Numbered from the stretch's first letter, positions 1 to 10,811 are shown. The stretch: DNA of 64,000 bases from Alistipes sp. (GCA_017416915.1 JAFQAN010000036.1:11334-75333), one strand, 5' to 3'. Notes: generated from the sequence alone by a model not told the origin. Numbers and translations are program-made.

Positions 1-2
1 CC

Positions 3-473
3 CTCGAACGACGCCTCACCGAGCGGGGTCTCTTCTGCCGCATCCTCGATGGCGACAACATACGCTTCGGCATCAACCGCGACTTGGGCTTCTCGGAGGC
101 AGACCGCACCGAGAACATACGCCGCATAGCGGAGGTATCGAAGCTCTTCACCCAGACGGGCATCATCACACTTGCCGCCTTCGTATCGCCCACAAACGCC
201 CTGCGCGCTATGGCACGCGAGATTATCGGTGCGGAGGACTTCGCCGAGATATACGTAGCCACACCGTTGGAGGAGTGCGAGAGGCGCGACGTCAAGGGGT
301 TATACCAAAAGGCGCGACGTGGCGAGATTAGGGACTTTACGGGAATAAGCGCCCCCTTCGAGGCTCCCGAAAACCCGACATTGCGTATCGACACCACAAA
401 CCGCCCCGTAGAGGAGGTAACCGACGAGGTGTTGGCAGCGATAATAGAGCGCATAACACCGAAAAACGAGTAA
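3..473 (+). CDS. cysC: Adenylyl-sulfate kinase, 5'-truncated by window edge
   Basis: Frame is open from position 3: LERRLTERGLFCRILDGDNIRFGINRDLGFSEADRTENIRR...RDVKGLYQKARRGEIRDFTGISAPFEAP, typical of APS kinases. Lies upstream of cysD/cysN. Confidence 0.93.
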   Translation, partial: LERRLTERGLFCRILDGDNIRFGINRDLGFSEADRTENIRRIAEVSKLFTQTGIITLAAFVSPTNALRAMAREIIGAEDFAEIYVATPLEECERRDVKGLYQKARRGEIRDFTGISAPFEAPENPTLRIDTTNRPVEEVTDEVLAAIIERITPKNE

Positions 474-509
474 CAACGAACGAATAAAATAACACAAAAT
501 AAACGAGAT

Positions 510-1415
510 ATGTCGTATAGTTTGAGCCACCTGAAAGCTCTCGAAGCAGAGTCTATACATATCATCCGAGAGGTTGCAGCCGAGTTCCGCAACCCCGTGA
601 TGCTATACTCCATAGGCAAGGACTCGTCGGTGATGGTACGCCTTGCCGAGAAGGCATTTGCCCCAGGTAAAGTACCCTTCCCACTGATGCACATCGACTC
701 GAAGTGGAAGTTCCGCGAGATGATAGAGTTTCGCGACAACTATGCCAAGGAGTACAACTGGAACCTCATCGTCGAATACAACAAGAAGGCATACGAGGAG
801 GGTGTGGGACCCTTCACGCACGGCAGCAAGGTACACACCGACCTGATGAAGACGCAGGCGCTGTTGCAGGCGTTGAAGAAGCACGGCTTCGATGCTGCAT
901 TTGGTGGCGCTCGCCGCGACGAGGAGAAGAGCCGCGCCAAGGAGCGCATCTTCTCGTTCCGCAACGAGTTCCAGCAGTGGGACCCCAAGAACCAACGCCC
1001 CGAGTTGTGGGATGTCTATAACACCCGCATCAACGAGGGCGAGAGCATCCGCGTATTCCCGCTATCGAACTGGACAGAGCTGGACGTATGGCAGTATATA
1101 CGTATGGAGAACATCCCCATCGTGCCACTGTACTACGCCAAGGAGCGCCCCATCGTCGAGCTTAACGGCAACCTCATCCTCGCCGATGACGACCGTATGC
1201 CCGAGGAGCTGCGCCGCCAGGCAAAGATGCGTATGGTACGCTTCCGCACGTTGGGATGCTACCCCCTCACGGGCGCCGTGGAGTCGGAGGCAGACACCAT
1301 CGAGAAGATTGTCGAGGAGATGATGACCACCACAAAGTCGGAGCGCACAACACGCGTCATCGACTTCGACCAAGAGGGCAGTATGGAGCAGAAAAAGCGC
1401 GAAGGCTACTTTTAG
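510..1415 (+). CDS. cysD: Sulfate adenylyltransferase subunit 2
   Basis: [39 protein letters not shown] and C-terminal KKREGYF motifs. Confidence 0.97.
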   Translation: MSYSLSHLKALEAESIHIIREVAAEFRNPVMLYSIGKDSSVMVRLAEKAFAPGKVPFPLMHIDSKWKFREMIEFRDNYAKEYNWNLIVEYNKKAYEEGVGPFTHGSKVHTDLMKTQALLQALKKHGFDAAFGGARRDEEKSRAKERIFSFRNEFQQWDPKNQRPELWDVYNTRINEGESIRVFPLSNWTELDVWQYIRMENIPIVPLYYAKERPIVELNGNLILADDDRMPEELRRQAKMRMVRFRTLGCYPLTGAVESEADTIEKIVEEMMTTTKSERTTRVIDFDQEGSMEQKKREGYF

Positions 1416-1479
1416 ACTTACCAGGAGCGGGATTGCGGCACTCCACGTCAAAAGGGAATGAACGGAAGTTCGCTACGGA

Positions 1480-1650
1480 GCGAAGAGAGACAGCGAGAGG
1501 AGCGAGACAGCAAGAGGAGCGGGACAACGAGACCACGAGACAACGAGACAACGAGACCCCTGAAAAACACAGGCGTTCTCAGTCTTTCTCAGTCTTTCTC
1601 AGTCTTTCTCAGTCGTTCTCAGCCGTTCTCAGCCGTTCTCAGCCGTGCGT
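1480..1650 (+). repeat. Mosaic repeat locus 1: 8-mer array, core (1562-1574), 10-mer array
   Basis: (GAGAC/GGGAC-NAC)n, then gaaaaacacaggc, then 7 x Nttctcag(t/c)c. Lies between cysD and cysN. Confidence 0.9.
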
Positions 1651-1688
1651 AAGCTAAGACACAAGAAAACAAAAACAAAAGAAGATAT

Positions 1689-3116
1689 ATGGCACTAAGC
1701 ATAGAAGAATTTTTGGCACAAGATGAGCGTAAAGACCTCCTACGCCTACTCACGGCAGGCTCTGTCGATGATGGTAAATCGACGCTTATCGGTCGTCTGC
1801 TCTTCGACAGCAAGCGTCTCTACGAGGACCAGTTGCAGACGTTGGAGCGCGACAGCAAGCGTGTGGGCAACGCTGGCGACCACATCGACTACGCGTTGCT
1901 GTGCGACGGCTTAAAGGCGGAGCGCGAGCAGGGCATCACCATAGATGTTGCCTACCGCTACTTCTCGACAAATCGTCGTAAGTTCATCATCGCCGACACC
2001 CCAGGACACGAGCAATATACGCGCAATATGATTACGGGTGGCTCGACAGCAAACCTCGCCATCATCCTCGTAGATGCACGTCAGGGCGTTGTAACGCAGA
2101 CCTGCCGCCATAGCTACCTCGTGTCGCTACTCGGCATCCGCCACGTGGTACTGGCAGTCAATAAGATGGACTTGGTAGGCTTCGACAAGAGCCGCTTCGA
2201 CGCCATCGTCGCCGACTACAAGGGGTGGCTTGCACAACAGGAGTTCACAATCGAGGATTTGCAGTGCATACCCCTCTCGGCATTGGAGGGCGACAACGTG
2301 GTTACGAAGAGCGCAAACACGCCATGGTACGAGGGGCAGTCGCTGATGGACTACCTCGAAACCGTGCCTATCAACCAAGATATAAATATGCAGTCGCTGC
2401 GCTTCCCTGTGCAGTATGTGCTGCGCCCCAACCTCGACTTCCGCGGCTTTGCAGGTAAGCTCTCGTCGGGCGTAGTGAAGCGAGGCGACGAGGTTATGGC
2501 ACTCCCCTCGGGCAAACGCTCGAAGATTAAGAGCATCGTAACATACGACGGTGAGCTTGACGAGGCCTTTGCACCGCAGTCGATAACCCTGACGCTCGAA
2601 GACGAGATAGACCTCTCGCGTGGCGATATGTTGGTACACCCCTCGGATTGTCCCACGGTAGGTCATCATCTGCGCGCTATGATGGTGTGGATGGACGAGC
2701 AACCAATGGACAGCAGCAAGCCCTTCTACCTAAAACATACGACCAACACCACACGCGCCCACGTTACGGCGGTAAGGTATCGCGTCGATATAAACACGGG
2801 CGAGAAGCTCCCGACCGAGGGTATGCGCCTCAACGAGATTTCGGAGGTGTCGATAAGCGCTGCATCGCCCCTGATGTTCGACCGCTATGCCGACAACCGC
2901 CAGACGGGAGCCTTCATCCTTATCGACCCCGTAACGAACTTCACCTCGGCCGTAGGTATGATTTTGGCAGAGGACGAGGCTCGTAGGCTTGGCGAACATA
3001 CCGTAGTGCGCCTCTCGGAGTATGGCATAGAGGCAGAGCATTACCACATTATCGAGAAGTTCTGCAAGGAGTTCACACGACGCACGGGCATCGCCATTGA
3101 GTGTCTTAAAGAGTAA
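1689..3116 (+). CDS. cysN: Sulfate adenylyltransferase subunit 1 (GTPase)
   Basis: [49 protein letters not shown] motifs. Confidence 0.96.
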   Translation: MALSIEEFLAQDERKDLLRLLTAGSVDDGKSTLIGRLLFDSKRLYEDQLQTLERDSKRVGNAGDHIDYALLCDGLKAEREQGITIDVAYRYFSTNRRKFIIADTPGHEQYTRNMITGGSTANLAIILVDARQGVVTQTCRHSYLVSLLGIRHVVLAVNKMDLVGFDKSRFDAIVADYKGWLAQQEFTIEDLQCIPLSALEGDNVVTKSANTPWYEGQSLMDYLETVPINQDINMQSLRFPVQYVLRPNLDFRGFAGKLSSGVVKRGDEVMALPSGKRSKIKSIVTYDGELDEAFAPQSITLTLEDEIDLSRGDMLVHPSDCPTVGHHLRAMMVWMDEQPMDSSKPFYLKHTTNTTRAHVTAVRYRVDINTGEKLPTEGMRLNEISEVSISAASPLMFDRYADNRQTGAFILIDPVTNFTSAVGMILAEDEARRLGEHTVVRLSEYGIEAEHYHIIEKFCKEFTRRTGIAIECLKE

Positions 3117-3122
3117 CGACGT

Positions 3123-4223
3123 ATGGGAATATTGAACTTTGAGAAGCTACCCGTTAGCACACTTATAGGCTCCGACAGCAAGACATTTGAGCGCGTGATG
3201 GAGGGTGTCGAGGTAGAGAAGCAGTACCGCTCGAAGATACGCACTACGCGCCTTGTAAGGGGGTTGCTCTCGCCCTTCTACAACATCAACACTCGCCGTT
3301 ACAACGCCCTCCCCGAGAGGGAGTACCCCGCGCCCGTCTTTATCATCGGACATTGGCGCAGTGGCACAACGTTCGTACACAACGTGCTGACGCAGGACAA
3401 GCAGTTTGGCTACTGCACGACCTATCAGACGGTCTTTCCACACCTTATGTTGTGGGGCTACCGCCTCTTCCGCACCATTGTCAAGTTCTTTATGCCCTCG
3501 ACACGCGCCACCGACAAGATGGAGCTTGGCGTGGACATACCGCAGGAGGAGGAGATAGCCTTGTCGAATATGACGCCTATGGCGCACTACCACTTCCTTA
3601 GCTTCCCGCAGCGCATAGACCACTACCGCGACCACTGCCTGCTAATGAACAACACCACCGAGGAGGAGCGCGACGAGTTCAAGGCGGCACTGCGTAAGTT
3701 GGTGCGCACGTCGCTCGAAGTGCAGCACAAGGAGGTCTTTCTCTCGAAGAACCCGCCACACACGGCGCGCATAAAGACAATATTGGAGATGTGGCCCGAC
3801 GCCAAGTTCATCTACTTGGTGCGTAACCCCTATACGGTCATCAAGTCCACACGCGACTTCTTCGGCAAGACCACCCGCTCGACGACGCTTCAACACTTCG
3901 ACGAGGAGGGCTTCGAGGAGCAGGTGCTAAGGACATACAAGGCGCTCTACGACAGCTACGAACGCGATAAGAGCCTTATCCCCGAGGGCAACCTCATAGA
4001 GATACGCTTCGAGGAGTTCGAGGCAGACCCCGTGGAGAATGCCCGAAAGATTTACGAGAAGCTACGCTTAGGCGACTTTGAGGCTGTGCGCCCCGCAATG
4101 GAGAAGTACGCAGGCACGAAGCGCGGCTTCAAGAAGAACCGCTACCAGTACGACCCCCACACCGTGGAGTTAGTCGAGAAGTGGTGCGGCGAGGCACTAC
4201 ACAAGTGGGACTACCACCTTTAA
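3123..4223 (+). CDS. PAPS-dependent sulfotransferase (resembles the Bacteroides BT0416-type steroid sulfotransferase)
   Basis: 5'-PSB motif FIIGHWRSGTTFVHN, LSKNPPHT and 3'-PB motif YLVRNPY. Directly downstream of cysN. Confidence 0.88.
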   Translation: MGILNFEKLPVSTLIGSDSKTFERVMEGVEVEKQYRSKIRTTRLVRGLLSPFYNINTRRYNALPEREYPAPVFIIGHWRSGTTFVHNVLTQDKQFGYCTTYQTVFPHLMLWGYRLFRTIVKFFMPSTRATDKMELGVDIPQEEEIALSNMTPMAHYHFLSFPQRIDHYRDHCLLMNNTTEEERDEFKAALRKLVRTSLEVQHKEVFLSKNPPHTARIKTILEMWPDAKFIYLVRNPYTVIKSTRDFFGKTTRSTTLQHFDEEGFEEQVLRTYKALYDSYERDKSLIPEGNLIEIRFEEFEADPVENARKIYEKLRLGDFEAVRPAMEKYAGTKRGFKKNRYQYDPHTVELVEKWCGEALHKWDYHL

Positions 4224-4269
4224 GCAGACTAACTCTTAATCACTAACCTACAACGCAAAACCTCTAATT

Positions 4270-5412
4270 ATGAAGATACTTGCAATATACTTTCGTTCGG
4301 GCAGTGGCATATCGGTAATCTACGAGCGCATCTTCTGCGAGTTGGCGAAACACGCCACGGTGGATGTGCTGAGCGATATGGCACACAGCACCGAGTCGAT
4401 GCCGATACGTAACACATATAGTCTTCCTATGTCGCGCTTTACGCAGTCGCTCTACCGCAAGTGCCTTCGCAACTTTGGCAAAGCACCTATCTCGGAGTGG
4501 TGGAGCCGCAAGGCTATGCGTGTGGTTGCCAACGACTACGACCTTGTCATCGCCTTTGTCGCCAGCTCGCAGCTCACGCCCATCGTCAGCGGCAAGCTCA
4601 TAGCCGAGAAGTTAGGCTGTAAGTTTGCCATCTACTCGGTGGATGCCATACCTGCGCCAGGCGGCTGGACAAAGCCTCGTGAGTACCGCGGCAAGTTGAA
4701 GATTGTCAGCAAGTACTTCGCCTCGGCAGACTACGTGGCGTCGTCGAATAAGCATATGCTCGACTTCCAGCTCTCCACGTTCAAACACAAGCAAGGGTTG
4801 CGTAGCAACGTGCTGCTCACACCCTCGCCCAACGAGGAGTACCACTTCCCCGTGTCGAACGAGGAGCTTATACTCTACACAGGCTCGCTCTACGGTCTGC
4901 GCAACCCCAACTACCTGTTCGGGGCGTTCAAGCGACTGCTTAAAACATACCCTAACGCACGACTGCAACTCGTAGGTATGAAGCACCGCCTGCGCCAGAT
5001 GGACGACATACTGAGCGTAGAGGAGCGCGAGAGAGTGATAATAAGCCCGCACACCTCAAACCTTGCGCCGCTATTCGAGAGGGCGCGTGTGCTTATCGAC
5101 ATCGACGCCGACAGAGAGAAGGACCCCTTCCTGTCGAGCAAGATTATCACATACCTCAAAACCAACCGTATGATACTCTGCGAGACGGGCAAGGACACCC
5201 CCTCGCGCGAGATGTTCCACGGCTACAAGACCATCATCCAGTGCGACCACAACGAGGATAGCTTCTACGAGGGTCTGATGCGCGCTATGGAGCTGAGCCA
5301 AAGCGAGCAGGACTACTCGGAGCGAGAGCCTCTTATCAAGGCGTTCTCAATCGACGTGGTATGCTCCATCTTCTGGGAGGACATCAAGGCTCTGTGCAAC
5401 GTCAGCGAGTAG
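4270..5412 (+). CDS. Putative GT-B fold (GT4-like) glycosyltransferase
   Basis: 380-aa ORF with LILYTGSLYGLRNP and SSKIITYL segments resembling GT4 C-terminal domains. Confidence 0.6.
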   Translation: MKILAIYFRSGSGISVIYERIFCELAKHATVDVLSDMAHSTESMPIRNTYSLPMSRFTQSLYRKCLRNFGKAPISEWWSRKAMRVVANDYDLVIAFVASSQLTPIVSGKLIAEKLGCKFAIYSVDAIPAPGGWTKPREYRGKLKIVSKYFASADYVASSNKHMLDFQLSTFKHKQGLRSNVLLTPSPNEEYHFPVSNEELILYTGSLYGLRNPNYLFGAFKRLLKTYPNARLQLVGMKHRLRQMDDILSVEERERVIISPHTSNLAPLFERARVLIDIDADREKDPFLSSKIITYLKTNRMILCETGKDTPSREMFHGYKTIIQCDHNEDSFYEGLMRAMELSQSEQDYSEREPLIKAFSIDVVCSIFWEDIKALCNVSE

Positions 5413-5512
5413 CCGTAGCCATAAGGTAGGGGCTATGCCCTCTCAACCTCTTGGTGCGCCTTAGTGACGCGACCACTTATCCCTCGAAAAGTGCTACTCG
5501 TAGCCAAAATAT

Positions 5513-5551
5513 GACCGTCGGGCAAATTTTCGCTCGGCGGTCTTCTCGTTT
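5513..5551 (+). terminator. Probable intrinsic terminator after the sulfation operon
   Basis: GC-rich stem gaccgtcgggc...gctcggcggtc followed by ttctcgttt. Confidence 0.5.
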
Positions 5552-5566
5552 CACACATTTTTTCAG

Positions 5567-5574
5567 TAATTTTG
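5567..5574 (+). promoter_or_regulatory. Bacteroidota -7 promoter element for the GH13 gene
   Basis: taattttg matches TAnnTTTG, about 65 nt upstream of the ATG. Confidence 0.55.
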
Positions 5575-5638
5575 TGCGGTATAATATACTATATCAATAG
5601 TATAACGGCGACAAATATTACTTAAAAAATAACTTACT

Positions 5639-8638
5639 ATGAAAAAACTTCATCTTTTGCTCACCGTGCTTATCTCAGCCCTCATCATTGTCAGCTGCGA
5701 GGATAAGTTCACAGGCGTCCAAAACCCCGTAGGTCCCAACTCGGGACAGAAGCCCGATGACGGCAACGATGACGGCAATGATGACGGCAACGACGTTGTC
5801 ATCGACCTCACGAAGGATTATCCCCTTATCTCGACCATTCCTACCTTCGTCACGGAGGATATGACCGAGGATGTTACGGTTATCGTAAATGGCAAGGGCA
5901 CAGCTATCGACGGCTTCACAGGCGACTTGTACGCTCACACGGGCGTCATCACCTCGGCAAGCACAGGTCCGTCGGACTGGAAATACACCAAGGCGGACTG
6001 GACCGAGAATACCCCCGCCTGCAAGCTTAAAAAAGAGGGCGCCGAGATTTGGACACTCACATTGAAGGGTGGCCCTCGCGCCTTCTACGGCGTGCCTGCG
6101 GGCGAGTCTATCGAGCGTCTTGCCTTTGTATTCCGCTCGGGCGACGGCACTAAGGAGCTTAAAAACAACGGCAACGACATCTTCATCGACTTGGTGTCGG
6201 AGGGTATGTCGGTGATGTTCGTATCGCCCACAAGCGGCACTATCCTCAACATCGGCGACAGCTGCACCGTGCAGGTTAAGGCGAAGGGCGCTACATCGCT
6301 CACACTCTTCAAGAACGACGAGCAGATTGCCCAGACCGAAGAGAGTAGCATCGAATATACTTACACCCCCACAACCACCGAGGATGCCATATTTAAGGCT
6401 GTGGCTACGGATGGCGTAACCACCGTCGAAGAGAGCGTAACTGTTGCCGTGCTTGGTACTACACAGAACGAGCCTCGCCCCGCAAATGTCAAGGGCGGCG
6501 TAAATATCGACGGCACGTCGGCAACCTTCGTACTCTACGCTCCAGGCAAGCAGAGCGTAAACCTGCTTGGCGACTTCAACGACTACGCACCGACCAACAA
6601 ACATATGATGAAGCGCGACGGCGACTACTTCTGGGTTACGGTCGATGGCTTGGAGTCGGGTGTCGAGTATGGCTACCAATACCTCGTCGATGGCACTATC
6701 AAGATTGGCGACCCCTACGCCGAGAAGATTCTCGACCCGTGGAACGACCAGTGGATAAATCATAACACGATGATTTACCCCGACCTCAAACCCTACCCCT
6801 CGGAGTACACCACCGACATCGTCTCGGTATTCGACATCGACGACAAGGAGTACAACTGGCAGGTACGCGACTTTGACCGTCCCGCCGAGAACTCATTGGC
6901 GGTATATGAGTTGCTTATCCGCGACTTCACCGCCGAGCGCTCGATTGACGCTGTACGCGCAAAGCTCGACTACTTGGAGGGCTTGGGCATCAACGCCATC
7001 GAGCTGATGCCTATCCAGGAGTTCGACGGCAACGACTCGTGGGGCTATAACCCCTGCTTCTACTTCGCTGCCGACAAGGCATACGGCACCGAGGAGGCAT
7101 ACAAGCAGTTTATCGACGAGTGCCACCAGCGCGGCATAGCCGTTATCCTCGACGTAGTATTCAACCACGCCACGGGACAGTTCCCCTACGCTAAGATGTG
7201 GTGGGATTCATCGAAGAACTGCACCGCTGCCGACAACCCCTTCTTCAACGTCACGGCGAAGCACAACTTCAACGTATATCACGACTTCAACCACACCTAC
7301 GCGCCTACACGCGAGTACTTTAAGGAGGTATTGACCTTCTGGTTGGAGGAGTACAATGTCGATGGCTTCCGCTTCGACCTCACCAAGGGCTTCGTGCAGA
7401 ACCCCTCGAACTACGACGCTTGGAATTATAGCGCCGAGCGTATCGGCATCTTGAAGGAGTATGCCAACGCCATCCGTGCCGTAGAGCCCGACGCCTACAT
7501 CATCTTCGAACACTTCTGCGAGCAATCTGAGGAGGATGAGCTTTACAACTCTGTTGGCGCACTCTGCTGGAACAACAACCAGTTGGAGGGTTATAGTGAG
7601 ACCGCTATGGGCTGGTGGGACGGCGGCGACGACAGCAGCAGCGAGTACTGGGGCGTTATGGGCGACTTGCAGAGCAACAACTGGAAGAACGACATCACCC
7701 TGACATTGCAAAACGGCATCTACGTAGCACAGGATGTCATCTTCGCCGATGCCAATAAGCAGGGCTGCGTCTTCAAGATTCGCAAGAACCGCAACTGGGA
7801 TACCTCGTACGGCGTGAGCAACGGCTCTACGCTCAACAACCTCGGCACAGCAATCTCGCTCAACGGCACACTGAACGTGCTGATGAATGCTCAGGTGGGT
7901 GTTAAGTACGACATCTACTTCGACAAGGCAAATATGAAGGTATGGGTTATGCCCGACGGTCAGAAGCCCTCGAATATCTCGGCACCCGCACGTAGCAGCC
8001 GCACCCGCGCAGGTAGCAATAAGACCAACTTCGCAGACTTCAAGCGTGGTCGTATGAACAATATCGAGACCCACGACGAGGAGCGCATCGCCTACAAGGT
8101 ATTTGAGTATGGTCAGGAGTGGGTAAAGAGCGATATGGCAGTGGTATCGAAGCGCTTACAGGCTCTCTACGCCTTCCACTTCCTCACCCCCTACCCCAAG
8201 ATGCTGTGGCAGTTTGGCGAGCTTGGCTACGACTTCTCGATTAACTCTGACGAGAATGGCGTTGTAGGCTCTTCGGATGACAACCGTACACACCGCAAGC
8301 CTGTGCGTTGGGACTACTTCGACGATGCCAACCGTAAGGCTATCTACACGGCTATCTCGAAGGTCCTCAACTTCCGCACCGAGCGCGAGGATATATATGG
8401 CAGCGATAACGTCGCAATCCACAAGTGGGATGTTGGCGACAACGTAATGGGTGGCAAGACCCTCGTTATGGATAACGTGATTATGGTTGCCAACTTCACC
8501 AACGCGACGGTATCTACCACCGTAAATGTTCCTGCCGCTGGCGAGTGGACCAATCTGATGACTGGCGAGAAGACGACGCTCGGCAGCCAGTACACCGCAA
8601 CACTTGCAGGCAGCGACTACGTCATCTTCGTAAGGTAA
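5639..8638 (+). CDS. Surface lipoprotein alpha-amylase/pullulanase-like GH13 with N-terminal accessory domains, CBM48-like domain and an inserted binding module
   Basis: Lipoprotein signal (IIVSC-EDK). GH13 motifs AIELMPIQEF, WGYNP, VILDVVFNH, DGFRFDLTKG, YIIFEH, ETHDEER. Confidence 0.9.
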   Translation: MKKLHLLLTVLISALIIVSCEDKFTGVQNPVGPNSGQKPDDGNDDGNDDGNDVVIDLTKDYPLISTIPTFVTEDMTEDVTVIVNGKGTAIDGFTGDLYAHTGVITSASTGPSDWKYTKADWTENTPACKLKKEGAEIWTLTLKGGPRAFYGVPAGESIERLAFVFRSGDGTKELKNNGNDIFIDLVSEGMSVMFVSPTSGTILNIGDSCTVQVKAKGATSLTLFKNDEQIAQTEESSIEYTYTPTTTEDAIFKAVATDGVTTVEESVTVAVLGTTQNEPRPANVKGGVNIDGTSATFVLYAPGKQSVNLLGDFNDYAPTNKHMMKRDGDYFWVTVDGLESGVEYGYQYLVDGTIKIGDPYAEKILDPWNDQWINHNTMIYPDLKPYPSEYTTDIVSVFDIDDKEYNWQVRDFDRPAENSLAVYELLIRDFTAERSIDAVRAKLDYLEGLGINAIELMPIQEFDGNDSWGYNPCFYFAADKAYGTEEAYKQFIDECHQRGIAVILDVVFNHATGQFPYAKMWWDSSKNCTAADNPFFNVTAKHNFNVYHDFNHTYAPTREYFKEVLTFWLEEYNVDGFRFDLTKGFVQNPSNYDAWNYSAERIGILKEYANAIRAVEPDAYIIFEHFCEQSEEDELYNSVGALCWNNNQLEGYSETAMGWWDGGDDSSSEYWGVMGDLQSNNWKNDITLTLQNGIYVAQDVIFADANKQGCVFKIRKNRNWDTSYGVSNGSTLNNLGTAISLNGTLNVLMNAQVGVKYDIYFDKANMKVWVMPDGQKPSNISAPARSSRTRAGSNKTNFADFKRGRMNNIETHDEERIAYKVFEYGQEWVKSDMAVVSKRLQALYAFHFLTPYPKMLWQFGELGYDFSINSDENGVVGSSDDNRTHRKPVRWDYFDDANRKAIYTAISKVLNFRTEREDIYGSDNVAIHKWDVGDNVMGGKTLVMDNVIMVANFTNATVSTTVNVPAAGEWTNLMTGEKTTLGSQYTATLAGSDYVIFVR

Positions 8639-8662
8639 AGTCCAGAGTAATATAATAGTGAG

Positions 8663-8695
8663 GAGGGGGCTGACTAAAATTTGGTCAGCCCCCTC
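8663..8695. terminator. Perfect 12-bp stem hairpin after the GH13 gene
   Basis: gagggggctgac-taaaatttg-gtcagccccctc. Confidence 0.55.
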
Positions 8696-8737
8696 TGTGT
8701 AACAGATAGGGGATGGCGTAGTGGAAGACGCGCCAAT

Positions 8738-9342
8738 GGGACTTTGAGACTACGAGACGACGGGACTACGGGACCACGAGACCCCAGAAAAACACAGGCG
8801 TTCTCAGCCGTTCCCAGCCGTTCCCAGCCGTACGAGGCAGTGCGCTATCACCACGCTCCCAAGCGAGATGAATTTTTGTTAGAAGGGGTTAGATGTGGTG
8901 CTATCCCGAAAGATGGCTGGATGGGGGTTTACTTGGGCGTACATCCCCATTCAGACAGATGAGGGTAGTGCCGCAGATGACCCCTTATCACAAAAATTGC
9001 TTGGCGTCAGAAGGGCGCCGAGTGCTACGCTCGACAAAAGATGCCGCCGATGGACATTCTCTCTCTCCCTCTCCCGCGCACGAATTTAGTGTCAGAAGTT
9101 GTAAGATGTGGTGCATCACAAAAGAGAACCCCGCGGGATAGTACTATGTAGTACAGCCCACGGGATTCTACTTTTTGGGATGTGCCGCAGATTGCAGCTT
9201 ATCACACTAAATGACATTTTTGATTAGAGGGCTGCTTATACAACGCTCGACAAAAGATGCCGCCGATGGGTAGTACTTGCGCGTACGTCCCATTGGCGGC
9301 ATCTTTGTTAGCGGCAGTAGAAGTCTGCCCTATGATTGAAAA
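8738..9342 (+). repeat. Mosaic repeat locus 2: 8-mer/core/10-mer unit plus four tandem hairpin modules
   Basis: Core at 8787-8799. Hairpins at 8871-8998, 8999-9057 (left half only), 9084-9212 and 9216-9343. Lies between convergent GH13 and tnaA. Confidence 0.9.
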
Positions 9343-10716
9343 TTATAGGCGCTCGAGCTTAACAGTAAAGTGACGCATCAACTCGGTCTCCCATACAATC
9401 TTCACACCACGTGTAATCTCGTGACGACGATCATATACGTTCTTCAACGCTGCGGCGATAACGTCCATATGGTTGTTGGTGTATGAACGACGTGCGATGC
9501 ACAAGCGCAACAAGTCGAGACCACCAAAACGGTTCTCACGGGTTACGGGGTCGCGGTCAGCGAGGATGTAGCCAATCTCGCAGCCACGTACACCTGCCTC
9601 CAAGTAAAGCTCAATAGCGAGGGTCTGTGCGGGGAACTCCTCCTTAGGAATGTTGCTAAGCACCTTGTCGGCATCTACGAAGATGGCGTGGCCACCTACG
9701 GGACGCTGGTAAGGAATACCGTACTCGTCGAGCTTAGCTGCGAGGTACTGCACCTGCTTGATACGTGTCTCGATAGTGGGAAGCTCGGTGTTCTCGTCCA
9801 AGCCTACTGCCAAAGCTGCCATATCGCGACCGTTCATACCACCATAGGTAAGGAAGCCCTCGAAGGGGATACAGAAGCGCTTAGCACCCTCGTACCAATC
9901 CTCGTGGCGTGTAGCGATGAAGCCACCCATATTTACCAAGCCGTCCTTCTTTGACGACATTGTCATACCATCGGCATAAGAGAACATCTCCTTGCAAATC
10001 TCCTTGATGCTCTTATCTGCGTAGCCCTCCTCGCGGGTCTTGATGAAGTATGCGTTCTCAACGAAACGTGCTGAGTCGAATACCACGCGCTTGCCATACT
10101 TGTCGGCGATAGCACGTACCTCACGGAGGTTCTTCATTGATACGGGCTGACCACCTGCGGTGTTGTTGGTAATGGTAACGATGATGAAGGGAATCTTCTC
10201 GGCGTTCTCTGCCAATGCCTTCTCCAACTTAGCGGGATCTACCTCGCCCTTGAAGGGAATCTCGAGCTGAGTATCCTTCGCAGCGTCGATGGTACAGTCC
10301 AAAGCGGTAGCCTTGCGGAACTCGATATGACCCTTAGTGGTGTCGAAGTGCGAGTTGCCAGGGATGATGTCGCCAGCCTTTACAAGGTGTGAGAACAACA
10401 CGTTCTCAGCAGCACGACCCTGGTGAGTAGGGATAACATACTCGAAGCCTGTAATCTTGAAGATAGTCTCTTTAAGCTCGAAGAATGACTTTGAACCAGC
10501 ATACGCCTCGTCGCCAGTCATCATTGCTGCCCACTGACGGTCGCTCATAGCGCCAGTACCCGAGTCGGTAAGGCAGTCGATGTAAACCTGCTCAGACTTC
10601 AAACCGAAGAGGTTGTAGTGTGCCTCTTTGAGCCACTGCTCACGCTCCTCGCGAGTACTCATACGCAAGGGCTCAACCATCTTGATACGGTACGATTCTG
10701 CAAATGGAAGTTTCAT
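9343..10716 (-). CDS. tnaA: Tryptophanase
   Basis: Beta-eliminating lyase with PLP motif MSSKKD. Residues HFDTT, CEIG and RHFT match tryptophanase rather than tyrosine phenol-lyase (FTTT, MERG, RFFT). Confidence 0.88.
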   Translation of the reverse strand: MKLPFAESYRIKMVEPLRMSTREEREQWLKEAHYNLFGLKSEQVYIDCLTDSGTGAMSDRQWAAMMTGDEAYAGSKSFFELKETIFKITGFEYVIPTHQGRAAENVLFSHLVKAGDIIPGNSHFDTTKGHIEFRKATALDCTIDAAKDTQLEIPFKGEVDPAKLEKALAENAEKIPFIIVTITNNTAGGQPVSMKNLREVRAIADKYGKRVVFDSARFVENAYFIKTREEGYADKSIKEICKEMFSYADGMTMSSKKDGLVNMGGFIATRHEDWYEGAKRFCIPFEGFLTYGGMNGRDMAALAVGLDENTELPTIETRIKQVQYLAAKLDEYGIPYQRPVGGHAIFVDADKVLSNIPKEEFPAQTLAIELYLEAGVRGCEIGYILADRDPVTRENRFGGLDLLRLCIARRSYTNNHMDVIAAALKNVYDRRHEITRGVKIVWETELMRHFTVKLERL

Positions 10717-10811
10717 AGTTGTAGTTTTTTTGTTTATTAATAATTTAGTAATTTATTCTTTTTTGATCTCTCTTTGCACCCTCATTCCCCTATTTTATAG
10801 GGTATCTGCGA

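Noticed and set aside
5755-5795. gatgacggcaac repeats in the GH13 gene
   Set aside because: An in-frame DDGN linker after the lipoprotein anchor; ordinary low-complexity spacer unrelated to the mosaic element.
8738-9342. CRISPR array interpretation of the repeat loci
   Set aside because: There is no constant 23-47 nt repeat alternating with unique spacers, and no cas genes or leader.
9343-10716. Tyrosine phenol-lyase call
   Set aside because: The specificity positions read D (HFDTT), I (CEIG) and H (RHFT), as in tryptophanase.
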